Part shown: in pieces, positions 52,526-63,020 of the stretch
Position numbering within the stretch: position 1 is the stretch's first letter
How the letters are laid out: each line of letters starts with the position of its first letter
Assembly: GCA_963751345.1 (NCBI GenBank)
Contig: CAVVUS010000018.1
Coordinates: 32,001-96,000 of the forward strand
DNA: 64,000 nt
Source: an uncultured Chloroflexia bacterium
GTDB lineage: Bacteria; Chloroflexota; Anaerolineae; B4-G1; SLSP01
Direction: 5' to 3'
Program-made: the position numbers and the translations under genes
Notes under the pieces: generated by a model
The model's database searches: none
Told to the model about the DNA's origin: nothing
What the model saw: only the letters and a program-made list of their open reading frames with translations

Positions 52526-52646
52526 GCGTTCGGCTCCTCGTGGGTGGCACGATCCCTATGTCCAGGGCCATTTCGACGACCTGTGGCAGATCATCGCGAC
52601 GAGACCGCCGGTCTCACAGATCTCCTTCTTCGTCGAGTGACGTCGT

Positions 52647-53081
52647 TCAGCGAACATAGCTGACCACATAGACCGCCACGCCGACGATGACCGTGAGCAG
52701 CCAGAGGATGATCGTCGTTCGCATGAGCCAGATTGGCTTCCTTGGGGGTAGTCGCTTGATCAGATACATGCGGGTCACCGTGTAGGTCATCAGAAGTTGG
52801 GTTACAGCCCCGAATATGCCGTGGAGGAAGGGTATCTTCTGGAACGGCCCGGCGGCAAGCACGATCTTACCGCTCGCAATCGCAAGCCATTCCGGAATCA
52901 TGAGCAGGACCAACGGTATCCAGTTGAGGAATGCCGCGGTGGCCATCACCGGGCAGTGGGTCGAGAACCGCCGCCGGCGAGCTTGTATGCCGCCGAAGCC
53001 GGCCACTATGGCAAGTGTCAGGATGAATATCAACGACAAGTCGGACAATCGGGGCGCCGCCGTACCCAGAAAACCGGCCAT
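52647..53081 (-). CDS. DUF420-like membrane protein
   Basis: Four hydrophobic helices with His residues (HCPVM, LHGIFG). Confidence 0.6.
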   Translation of the reverse strand: MAGFLGTAAPRLSDLSLIFILTLAIVAGFGGIQARRRRFSTHCPVMATAAFLNWIPLVLLMIPEWLAIASGKIVLAAGPFQKIPFLHGIFGAVTQLLMTYTVTRMYLIKRLPPRKPIWLMRTTIILWLLTVIVGVAVYVVSYVR

Positions 53082-53477
53082 CTATCCCTCTCTTCTGCCA
53101 GGTGCTCGCTCCCTGGCGTGCTGTGAGGGCACTATAGCCCCTCTGCCGACGAGCACAAGGGCCGCGGCATCCCGATCCAGGCTATGCCTGCCGTGGAAGA
53201 CGTCTTTGACAGCCGGGCTGACGACTCTATACTGGACCAACGTGGGCAGGGCATGGCTTGGGTATGGCGTTCATCTGCACGGCTTCCTGTCTCCCTGGGT
53301 GGATGCGCCGCACGCGCGGCGATGTTCCAAGAGTATGACAACAATGAGTTCATGCCGTCGATCTTCGAGTGGGCCCCTGATGGGCAGACATGTGCCTCGC
53401 TTGCGGTCTATCTATCGATCGCGCTCCGGTGATTCCCCTGGCTTGACGGATCTCCCGGGCCGGTGCCTCGTAATTCG

Positions 53478-55046
53478 ATGACAGATCCATCGCCGCTGGT
53501 GCTCGGGATCGATGCCAGTACCACGGCATGCAAGGCTATCGTCTGGAATCTGCACGGCGAGGCGGTAGCCGAGGGCCGGGCTTCCGCTACCGCTCCTGAA
53601 ACCCCGACCGCTATGGCACGAGCAGCCCGCCGAGGCGTGGTGGTCAGCGCTGGTGGCGGCGGTCCGTGAGGCCGTTGGCGGTCGCGAGGAGGTGGGCCGC
53701 CGCATCGCTGCGCTCTGCATCGCCCCACAGCGCGAGACCTTCGTCCCGGTGGATCGAACGGGCGTACCCCTGCGCAACGCCATCGTCTGGATGGACGAGC
53801 GGGCGGGCGCGCTGTTGCCGCGCATCGCGCAGGAGTATGGCGCGGAGCGCATCCACCGGGAGACCGGCAAGCCGCTCTCGGGCAACCTCTCCCTGGGCAA
53901 GATCGCCTGGTTGCGCGAGAACGAGCCGGAGGTCTTCGCTCGGACGGCGAAGTTCCTCGACGTTGGCGCCTTCCTTACGCACAGGCTGACGGGTGAGTAT
54001 CGCACCGGCTGGGGCTGTGTGGACCCGATGGGGCTCTTCGATATGCAGCGCGACGCCTGGGATGAGCCGCTGCTCGACTACCTGGGCGTCTCGGTCGAAC
54101 GGATGCCGGAGGCCTATCCGCCCGGGACCGTGCGTGGGCAGGCTGACGGGTGCTGCGGCAGAGGCGTGTGGGCTGCCGCTCGGGCTGCCGGTCGTCGCGG
54201 GGGTTGGCGATGGGCAGGCCGGTGGGTTAGGGGCCGGTGTCGTTGGCCCCGGGCAGACCTACCTCAACCTCGGTACCGCTGTCATTACCGGCACCTATGC
54301 CGACCGCTACCTGACGGATCGCGCCTTCCGGACGATGTATGGCGCCGTCCCGGGCTCTTACAGTTTGGAGACCGTGCTGTTAGGCGGGACCTATACGGTC
54401 ACCTGGTTCATCGACACGTTCATGGGGGCCCGTGGGGATGAGGCTGCGCGCTTGCTCGACAGGTTTGATAGGTCTCTCGATCGGACGCCGGTTGGCGCAG
54501 AGGGGCTCATGCTGGTTCCGTACTGGAATAGCGCGATGAGTCCCTATTGGGACGCAAGAGCGAGCGGCATGGTAGTTGGATGGCGTGGTGTGCATACGCC
54601 TGAGCATCTGTACCGAGCGATCCTTGAGGGTATTGCATTTGAGGCGCGGCTTCATACCGAGGGTGTGGAAGCCGCTCTCAACCGGCCCGTACTGCGCTAT
54701 ACTGTGATGGGAGGTGGAGCGCGGAGTGAGCGCTGGCGCCAGATCATCGCGGACGTTACCGGCAAGCCGGTGGGGCTCTCAGATCATGACAGAAGCAGCG
54801 GCTCTCGGTGCCGGAATCCAGGCTGCCGCAGGAATCGGCCTCTTTGCCGATGTGCGTCAAGCCGCGTCAGCTATGGCACCCGACACCGCCGAGGTCACGA
54901 TGCCCGATCGTGGACGCCACTCGTTCTATACTCGGCTCTACGAAGATACCTACCAGTACCTGTTTCCTTCCGTTCGTTCCTATCTCGATCGTTTAACCAC
55001 CCTTACCACAAACCAGGAGGAACCCGATGACCCCAGATCTCGCTGA
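53478..55046 (+). CDS. FGGY-family carbohydrate kinase, xylulokinase-like (three frameshifts)
   Basis: LGIDASTTACKA, NAIVWMDER, GDGQAG, RAILEGIAF, GGGARS, EAAALGA. Confidence 0.85.
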
Positions 55047-56141
55047 CGGAAAGCCCGCATCAAGCAACGTCCGCGATGCCGCGTTCCCGCGCGTTCATTC
55101 AGATCTCCGGGTAACTTTCCGCTTTGAGGCGCCAACCGTCCAATCGGTGCAGGTGGAGGGCGGCGACGGCCTGGGGGCAGGTCCGTTTGAGATGGCGCGT
55201 GACGACGAGGGCGTCTGGACCGTGACCACGCCGCCGGTCGTGCCCGGATTCCATTACTACTGGCTGTTGGTCGATGGCGTCGCCGTCAACGACCCCTCCA
55301 GCCAGACTTACTTCGGCTACGGCAAGCCGACGAGCGGCATAGATGTTCCCGAGCCGGGGGTGGATTTCTACGACCCCCACGATGTACCCCACGGAGAGGT
55401 GCGCTCGCACTGGTACTATTCCCGGATTTCGGGCAAGTGGCGGCGATCCAACGTCTACACGCCCCCTGGCTATGACAGGGGAATTGAACAGCGATATCCG
55501 GTCCTCTATCTGCAGCATGGCGCCGGTGAGGATGAGACAGGTTGGGTCCGGCAGGGCCGGGCGAACTTCATTCTGGACAATCTGATCGCAGCCGGAGAGG
55601 CTCGGCCCATGATCGTCGTGATGGATTGCGGCTACACGGTCCCCGTCACGTCTCGACCCGCAGGACCTCCCGACCCCCAGCGCATCAAGCAGATCGTGGA
55701 TGCGTTTGATGACTTCGTCATCAGCGAACTTGTGCCAACGATCGACGCGACCTATCGCACGATAGCCGATCGGGAGCATCGTGCGATCGCCGGGCTGTCG
55801 ATGGGTGGTATGCAGGCGCTCAACGTGGGCCTGCACCATCTCGACACCTTTGCATCCATCGCCGCGCTCAGTGGGATGCCGATCTCTCCAGCTGGATCCG
55901 GAGACTGCGTACGATGGCGCGTTCAGCGATCCGGAGGCGTTCAACCGGCGCGTGCAAGCTGTTCTGGATGAGCGCCGGCACCGCCGAGCCGCAGCCTCTT
56001 GAGAGGGCTCAGCGATTCTGGGAGATGCTCGACGCGCTCGGGATTGCCTACGAATCCTACGTGTCGCCGGGCACCGCCCACGAATGGCAGACGTGGCGGA
56101 GAAGCCTGTACGTGCTCGCCCCCCGGCTTTTTCCGGATTAG
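55027..56141 (+). CDS. CE1-like esterase with N-terminal E-set domain (frameshifted near 55890-55950)
   Basis: VYTPPGY, YPVLYLQHGAGEDETGW, AGLSMGG, HEWQTWR. Confidence 0.88.
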
Positions 56142-56150
56142 GGAGGTCCG

Positions 56151-57134
56151 ATGATCAGGATCGTCCACTATGATGGCAAGCGCGTGCGCACCGACCTGAC
56201 GTCGGACGATCTCCCCGACCTCCTGAAGGATCTTCAGGGCGTCCTGTGGGTCGACCTGGTGGAGACGCCGGTGGCAGAGGCGCGGCCACTGCTGGAGCAG
56301 ACCTTCGGCTTCCACCCTCTGGCTGTGGACGATGCGCTCGAGGAGACTCACATCCCCAAGGTCGATGATTGGGGTGACTATCTCTACCTCACCATGTACG
56401 GCATTCGTGCCGATTGGACGCAAGAGGACCTCGTCGAACTCCCGGAACTGGACTGTTTCCTCACGCCTAACTGCATGGTCACCTACGAGGTCCGCGCTGC
56501 GAGCGCAATGGATCGGCTTTGGCAGACCGTCCAGGCGGACCCTCGCGCGTTCAGCCAGGGCGCACCGCACCTGCTCTATCAGCTACTGGATGGCTTGGTG
56601 ATCGACTACATGGCTATCCTGGAGGAGCTGGACGATCGGGTCGAGACCGTGGAGGACACCATCTTCTTGCAGCCGTCGGAGAAGCTGCTGGGTGAGATCT
56701 TCAATTACAGACGTGTCCTGTTGCAGCTACGGCGGTCGCTGGCGCCGCAGCGCGAGGTGATGAACAAGCTTTCGCGGGGGACCGTCTCCGTCGTCGAGCG
56801 TGACTACGGCGTCTACTTCCGCGATATCTACGACCATATGGTGCGACTCTACGATATCACCGACACGATGCGTGACGTGGTCAGCGGCACGTTGGAGATG
56901 TATCTCTCGGTGGTCAACAATCGTATGAACGACGTGATGAAGACCCTCACCGTGATCACGACGCTCTTCATGCCCCTGACGTTCCTGACGGGCTTCTTCG
57001 GTATGAACTTCTTCCAGGTGACTTTTCCCCTGGCTGCGTGGACGGGCCCGGTGGCGTTCGGCCTGATGCTGTTGGCCATGATCTTGGTGCCGGTTGTCAT
57101 GTATGTGTGGATGCACAGACGCTCGTGGCTCTAG
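56151..57134 (+). CDS. corA: Mg2+/Co2+ transporter CorA
   Basis: FHPLAVDD, RDIYDH, MPLTFLTGFFGMNF. Confidence 0.93.
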   Translation: MIRIVHYDGKRVRTDLTSDDLPDLLKDLQGVLWVDLVETPVAEARPLLEQTFGFHPLAVDDALEETHIPKVDDWGDYLYLTMYGIRADWTQEDLVELPELDCFLTPNCMVTYEVRAASAMDRLWQTVQADPRAFSQGAPHLLYQLLDGLVIDYMAILEELDDRVETVEDTIFLQPSEKLLGEIFNYRRVLLQLRRSLAPQREVMNKLSRGTVSVVERDYGVYFRDIYDHMVRLYDITDTMRDVVSGTLEMYLSVVNNRMNDVMKTLTVITTLFMPLTFLTGFFGMNFFQVTFPLAAWTGPVAFGLMLLAMILVPVVMYVWMHRRSWL

Positions 57135-57182
57135 CGCCGCGTGATCTGTGCAAGCTACGGAGTATATAAACGGAGTGACAGT

Positions 57183-57725
57183 ATGCATGATCGTCGATTC
57201 CCTGGTGGTCCCGCGTTCCTGCGTGATCCCCGTCGAGTGGCAGAGTTGGAGCCGGAGCGTGTGGTGGATCTCTGTCTGGAGGGCATCGCACCGGCTTCCG
57301 TTCTCGATGTCGGCACGGGCAGCGGTCTTTTTGCCGGGGTCTTTGCCCGGCGGGGCCTGACAGCCGCCGGTGTGGACGTGCGACCGGACATGGTCGATGC
57401 GGCACGGCAGAATGTGCCCGAGGGCGAATTCCGTCTTGCTCCTGCCGAGGTGCTCCCCTATCCGGATGGCGCGTTCGATCTCGTCTTCATGGGCGTGGTG
57501 CTGCACGAGGCCGACGATCGTCTGAAGGCCCTCGGGGAGGCTGCACGTGTCGCGCGGCTGCGCATTGCCGTGCTGGAGTGGCCCTATGAGGATGCTGCGT
57601 ACGGACCGCCGCGTCGTCACCGGCTCACCGAGGAGCAAATCGAGGGCTGGGCCCAGCAGCTCGGACTCCTGAAGGTGGATGTAACCCGTCTGGAACACAC
57701 CGTGCTGTTCCTGATGGATCGTTGA
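57183..57725 (+). CDS. Class I SAM-dependent methyltransferase
   Basis: VLDVGTGSG, AEVLPYPDGAFDLV, LHE. Confidence 0.85.
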   Translation: MHDRRFPGGPAFLRDPRRVAELEPERVVDLCLEGIAPASVLDVGTGSGLFAGVFARRGLTAAGVDVRPDMVDAARQNVPEGEFRLAPAEVLPYPDGAFDLVFMGVVLHEADDRLKALGEAARVARLRIAVLEWPYEDAAYGPPRRHRLTEEQIEGWAQQLGLLKVDVTRLEHTVLFLMDR

Positions 57726-57763
57726 TTCTACGTGCAAACGTACGCGACAGGGGAGGTAACACA

Positions 57764-58555
57764 ATGGGCACAACCATTCAGGCGGTGATCGATACGATCT
57801 TGGGGCAGATTCAGAGCGGGCGGTTGGCGGAGACCGTGGACACGGTCAAGTGTGGCGACCCCACGCAGGAGGTCAAGGGCATCGTCACGACCTTCCTGGC
57901 CAGCTACGAGGTGATCAGGAAGGCGGTGGACCTTGGCGCCAACTTTATCATCACCCACGAGCCGACCTTCTATAACCACCTCGATACGGTCAATCAGCTT
58001 GCGGGTGATCCTGTCTACGAGGCTAAGCGCCGGCTGCTTGACGACAACGGCATCGTAGTCTGGCGTTTCCACGACCACTGGCACCGTCACCAGCCCGATG
58101 GCATCGACACGGGCGTGATCCTGGCGCTCGGCTGGGGGCCGTACGTGGTGGCGGGGGACACGTCAAGGATCAAGCTGCCGCTTACGACCGTGGGCGAGCT
58201 TGCCCGCATCTTGAAGGCGGGGCTGGGGATTGACGTCGTACGCGTCGTCGGGGATCTGGCGATGCCCTGCCAAAACGTCGCCTTGATGGTGGGTGCGCCC
58301 GGCAGTGAGTGGCAGATGAAAGCCGTGAGCCGCGACGACGTCGATGTGTTGCTGACCGGCGAGGTGCGCGAGTGGGAGACGTCCGAATACGTCAGGGACG
58401 CCATCGCGCAGGGGCGGAAGAAGGCGTTGATCGTGCTGGGCCACGCCAACAGCGAGGAGCCCGGCATGAACTACCTCGTGGCATGGCTGGGCTCGCTGGT
58501 GCCTGACGTGAAGATCACGCACGTGCCCGTCGGCGACGCGTTCACGTTCGTGTAG
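57764..58555 (+). CDS. Nif3-like dinuclear metal centre protein
   Basis: ITHEPTFY, RFHDHWH, GHANSEEPGM. Confidence 0.88.
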   Translation: MGTTIQAVIDTILGQIQSGRLAETVDTVKCGDPTQEVKGIVTTFLASYEVIRKAVDLGANFIITHEPTFYNHLDTVNQLAGDPVYEAKRRLLDDNGIVVWRFHDHWHRHQPDGIDTGVILALGWGPYVVAGDTSRIKLPLTTVGELARILKAGLGIDVVRVVGDLAMPCQNVALMVGAPGSEWQMKAVSRDDVDVLLTGEVREWETSEYVRDAIAQGRKKALIVLGHANSEEPGMNYLVAWLGSLVPDVKITHVPVGDAFTFV

Positions 58556-58559
58556 TCGG

Positions 58560-58653
58560 AACCTTGCGAAGGTTACGCGATGCCTGCACAAGCGGGTGCC
58601 TGCGTATGCGCAGGCACCCGCAGTACGTAGCACGTCGCAACCTTCGCAAGGTT
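58560..58653. repeat. Composite REP-like element: inverted pair of palindromes around a central hairpin
   Basis: AACCTTGCGAAGGTT ... GCGGGTGCCTGCGTATGCGCAGGCACCCGC ... AACCTTCGCAAGGTT. Confidence 0.8.
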
Positions 58654-58663
58654 AGGACTTGCG

Positions 58664-60398
58664 CTACTCCACCTCCGCCAGTTCGAGCTGCCGCTGGTAG
58701 AGCTGGCTGTAGAGCCCGCCGCGGGCGAGAAGCTCGCGGTGGTCGCCGACCTCGCGGATGTGCCCGTCCTCGAGCGCGATGATCTTGTCGGCACTGCGAA
58801 TCGTGCTCAGCCGGTGGGCAATCACCAACGCCGTGCGCCCCCTCATAACCTCCTCCAGGGCTTGCTGGATGAGATACTCGGCCTCCGCATCCACCGAGGA
58901 TGTGGCCTCGTCCAGGATAAGGATCCGCGGGTCGGTGATGATCGCGCGTGCCAGGGCCAGCCGCTGCTTCTGCCCCCCGCTCAAGCGCACGCCTCTCTCC
59001 CCGATCTCGGTGTCATAGCCGGCAGGTAAATCGGCGATGAACTCGTGAGCGTGGGCCGCTTTGGTTGCGGCGATCATCACCTCATCGGTCGCCTTGAGGG
59101 TTCCCGTAGCAGATGTTCTCACGCACCGTCGTGTTGAAGAGAAAAGTGTCCTGCAGGACGACGGCGATATGCTGGCGCAGCGACTGCAACTCCAGGTCGC
59201 GAAGATCGTGACCGTCGAGCAGGATGCGACCATGCCCGGGGTCGTAGAAGCGGCAGAGCAGGCTGGCGATGCTGGTCTTGCCCGCGCCACTTGGGCCGAC
59301 GAGCGCGACCACCTCGCCGGGTGCGATGTGGAAGTCGATGTCGTGCAGCACCTCGTCGCCCTCGCCGTAGCGGAAGTGAACGTCCTCAAACTGCACCTCA
59401 CCACGGGTCTCGGTCAGGCTCATCGCACCTGGCGCGCTCTTGACTTCGGAGTCGACGTCCAGGATCTCGAAGATGCGCTCCCCGGCTGCGATGGCCTGCT
59501 GGAACGTATTGTCCACCTCGGTCAGCCGCCGGAGAGGTTCGTAGAACGATGCGATATAGGCCAGGAAAGCCACCAACGTCCCGAGCGTGATGCCGTTCGC
59601 CACGACCGCGCGGGCGCCAAAGCCCAGAACGAGGGCCCCGCCTACAGCAGTGAGAAACTGGAGCGCAGGGAAGAAAACCGACCACGTCCGAATCGCCTTG
59701 ATCTGCTGGCGGTAATACTCTTCACTCACGTTACGGAAAGCTCTGAGCTCGTTTTCCTCTTGCTCGAATGCCTGGATCACACGGATGCCGGCGAGGTTGT
59801 CCTGAAGCCGCGAGTTGATGTCGCCCAGCCGGTCCCGCACCTGCCGATAGATGGGGCGGGCGCGCTCGTTGAACATACGCAATCCCACTGCCATCAGTGG
59901 CAAGGGGATCAGCACAACCAGGGCCAGACGCCAATCGAGCGTCAGTAGGACGATGGAGGCGCCGACCAGGCGCATCAGATCGACCACCGTTAGCGGGACG
60001 CCGTGGGTGATGAACTGCTCCATCGCATTGACGTCGTTGGTCACGCGGGACATTAGCTCGCCGGTGGAGGTCGATTCGAAGAATGAGAGCGAGAGTCGCT
60101 GCACGTGGTTGTAGATGCGCACGCGGAGGTCGAGGATAAAGCGCTCGCCCAACGCGTGCCGGATGAAGTTCTCTCCGAAGTCGGTGAGATGCATGACGGC
60201 GTAGATGCCAATGAGCAACAGCACCAGGCGGACCAGGAGTTGCAGGTCCCCATTCTGAATGACTTTGTCGATGATCGCGCGCTCGATCAGCGGCGGTGTC
60301 AGGTTCAGCCCGGTCCTGACGAGCAGCAGCAGGGCCGTCACGATGAGGGTCTTCCAGTACGGATATAGGTAGGCGAAGAGCCGCTTGAGTACGGTCAT
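58664..60398 (-). CDS. ABC exporter, fused permease/ATPase (MsbA-like; frameshift near 59095)
   Basis: TM domain, [30 protein letters not shown]. Confidence 0.9.
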
Positions 60399-60609
60399 GG
60401 GTGGTTTCCTTGTGACATGGTCTCGGCAGAGGCCGGCATAGATCTGAAGTCTAGCATCGATCTGGTCAGAGACCATCTGCACGCCGCGAGTTTATCCAAA
60501 ATGGGATTGTGGACTAGAATGTGGTCCAAGGTAGCAACCCTTAGCTACGTTTCTCGTCCGGTTGGCAGCCCAGACCAGGGCGCCTTTGTTTGCGAAAGGA
60601 GAGATTGTG

Positions 60610-62778
60610 ATGTCGTCAGGTTTCGATACCGACACCCCACTGTATCTGGATCCCGATCAGCCATTGGAGGCGCGTGTCGCCGACCTTGTTTCGAAGATGA
60701 CGTTGGAGGAGAAGATCTCACAGATGGTGCACGGCGCCCCGGCGATCCGGCGACTGGGTGTTCCTGCGTATAACTGGTGGAACGAATGCCTGCACGGGGT
60801 GGGGCGGGCCGGCATCGCCACCGTCTTCCCGCAGGCCATTGGGATGGCCGCGACGTGGGATACGGAGTTGATGCACCGCACCGCAGTCGCCATCTCGGAC
60901 GAGGCGCGCGCCAAGCATCACGCCGCCCTGGGTGACAACGGTGATGTCGAGCAATACTACGGTCTGACCTTCTGGACCCCCAACATCAACATCTTCCGGG
61001 ACCCTCGCTGGGGCCGTGGGCAGGAGACCTATGGCGAGGATCCTTACCTGACGGCGCGGATGGGCGTTGCTTTTGTGACAGGTCTGCAGGGCGACGATCC
61101 GACCTACCTCAAGACGGTGGCGACGCCCAAGCACTACGCCGTCCACAGCGGGCCGGAGGCGGAGCGCCATCATTTCAATGCCGAGGCCGACGAACGGGAT
61201 CTGCGCGAGACGTATCTGCCCGCCTTCGAAGCAACCGTGCGAGAGGCCGGTGCGTTCTCCGTGATGGGCGCTTACAACCGCACCAATGGAGAGCCCTGCT
61301 GTGCGCACACAGTTCTTCTGGGGAAGATCCTCCGCGACGAGTGGGGTTTCGAGGGCTACGTCGTCTCGGACTGCGGCGCCATTCGCGACATTTACGCTCA
61401 CCATCAGGTCGTGGATTCGCCCGAGGCCGCGGCAGCGCTGGCGGTCAAGAATGGCTGCGAGCTCAACTGTGGCGAGGTCTACCGCGCGCTGCTTGTGGCT
61501 GCCGAGAAGGGCCTGATCGACGAGGCGACGATCGATCTTGCTGTGACGCGGCTCTTCACGGCCCGCTTCCGCCTCGGTATGTTCGATCCCCCCGATCGCG
61601 TGCCCTACTCGCGGATTCCCATCGAGGTGAACGATTCTGCCGACCACCGGGCGCTGGCCCTGAAGATGGCCCAGGAATCGGTCGTTCTGCTCAAGAACGC
61701 AGATGGCTTTCTGCCTCTGACGCGAGATCTGAAGAAGATTGCGGTCGTCGGCCCCAATGCCGATGACTCTATCGTGCTGTTGGGCAACTACAACGGTTTC
61801 CCGTCGGCGTCGGTGACGCCGCTTGAGGGCATCAAGCGCAAGGTGGGGGATGCGGTCGAGGTCGTCTATGCCAGGGGATGTGCCATCCGCAGCTCAGACA
61901 CGTCGGGTTTCGACGAGGCCGTGGCCGTCGCGAAAGACGCTGACGTGATCATCGCCGTGATGGGTCTCTCGCAGCTCATCGAGGGAGAGGAGGGTCAGCA
62001 GGAAGGCGTCGAGGCAGGCGAGCGCAGCACCGGTGACCGGGATGCCCTGGACCTGCCGGGTGTGCAGGAGGACCTGCTCAAGGCGCTGCACGCAACCGGC
62101 AAGCCGCTGGTCGTGGTGCTGCTCAACGGCAGTGCGGTCGCCGTCAACTGGGCGGAAGCAAACGCGGCGGCCGTGGTGGAGCTCTGGTATCCGGGGGAAG
62201 AGGGTGGCACGGCGCTGGCCGACGTGCTCTTCGGGGACGTCAATCCTGCGGGGCGCCTGCCGGTGACCTTCTACACCTCGGTCGACGATCTACCGCCCTT
62301 CCGGGATTACGCTATGGAAGGGCACACCTACCGTTACTTCCGCGGCGTGCCGCTCTACCCCTTCGGCTACGGGTTGAGCTACACGACCTTTGCCTACGGC
62401 GACCTGGAGCTCAGTAGCCTGAACCTCGCACCTGGCAAGCCGCTCACGCTCTCCGTGATGGTGGAGAACACCGGCGACCGCCCAGGCGACGAGGTCGTGC
62501 AGCTCTATATCAAGGATCAGCAAGCTTCGGTGCCCGTGCCCGCGCAGCAACTCGCGGGGTTCCGCCGTATCCACCTGGCACCCGGTGAGACCGAATGCGT
62601 CAGCTTTACGGTGTCGCCGAAGCAAATGAGCCTCATCCTCGACGACGGGCGCCGCGCGATCGAGCCGGGCGTCTTCGAGGTCTTTGTGGGGGGTGGTCAA
62701 CCGGCGACGGATGCTGCCGGCACCTTCGCCACGTTCGCGGTCGCGGGCGAGACGCCGTGGGAGGTGCCCGTCGCTTAA
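60610..62778 (+). CDS. GH3 beta-glucosidase/beta-xylosidase
   Basis: WWNECLHG, RDPRWGRGQETYGEDP, KHYAVH, VVSDCGA, YPFGYGLSYT; no signal peptide. Confidence 0.95.
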   Translation: MSSGFDTDTPLYLDPDQPLEARVADLVSKMTLEEKISQMVHGAPAIRRLGVPAYNWWNECLHGVGRAGIATVFPQAIGMAATWDTELMHRTAVAISDEARAKHHAALGDNGDVEQYYGLTFWTPNINIFRDPRWGRGQETYGEDPYLTARMGVAFVTGLQGDDPTYLKTVATPKHYAVHSGPEAERHHFNAEADERDLRETYLPAFEATVREAGAFSVMGAYNRTNGEPCCAHTVLLGKILRDEWGFEGYVVSDCGAIRDIYAHHQVVDSPEAAAALAVKNGCELNCGEVYRALLVAAEKGLIDEATIDLAVTRLFTARFRLGMFDPPDRVPYSRIPIEVNDSADHRALALKMAQESVVLLKNADGFLPLTRDLKKIAVVGPNADDSIVLLGNYNGFPSASVTPLEGIKRKVGDAVEVVYARGCAIRSSDTSGFDEAVAVAKDADVIIAVMGLSQLIEGEEGQQEGVEAGERSTGDRDALDLPGVQEDLLKALHATGKPLVVVLLNGSAVAVNWAEANAAAVVELWYPGEEGGTALADVLFGDVNPAGRLPVTFYTSVDDLPPFRDYAMEGHTYRYFRGVPLYPFGYGLSYTTFAYGDLELSSLNLAPGKPLTLSVMVENTGDRPGDEVVQLYIKDQQASVPVPAQQLAGFRRIHLAPGETECVSFTVSPKQMSLILDDGRRAIEPGVFEVFVGGGQPATDAAGTFATFAVAGETPWEVPVA

Positions 62779-62797
62779 GCCGTCGGCACAGGACGTT

Positions 62798-62830
62798 GGG
62801 TGGGGGCGAGATGACCTTGCCCCCATCCCC
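62798..62830 (+). terminator. Hairpin after the GH3 gene
   Basis: GGGTGGGGGCGAG...CTTGCCCCCATCC; weak U tail. Confidence 0.5.
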
Positions 62831-62920
62831 ATCTTCGAATTGACATTCTACTCCGGCGGTGCTTAAATGGATGTGACTGATGCAGCACGCCGAATTCTCG
62901 GCGTTTTGTTGTGTGACGTA

Positions 62921-62968
62921 TGGTAACGTTATCATGCATCGGGGGAGGACGTTGGAACGTTCCGACGT
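62921..62968. promoter_or_regulatory. Two AACGTT-centred palindromes (LacI-type operator candidates)
   Basis: TGGTAACGTTATCA (62921-62934) and ACGTTGGAACGTTCCGACGT (62949-62968). Confidence 0.5.
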
Positions 62969-63020
62969 TTTGGCATTACGGTGCAAGAGAGCATCACATA
63001 ATCACTGATCAGGAGGTCCT

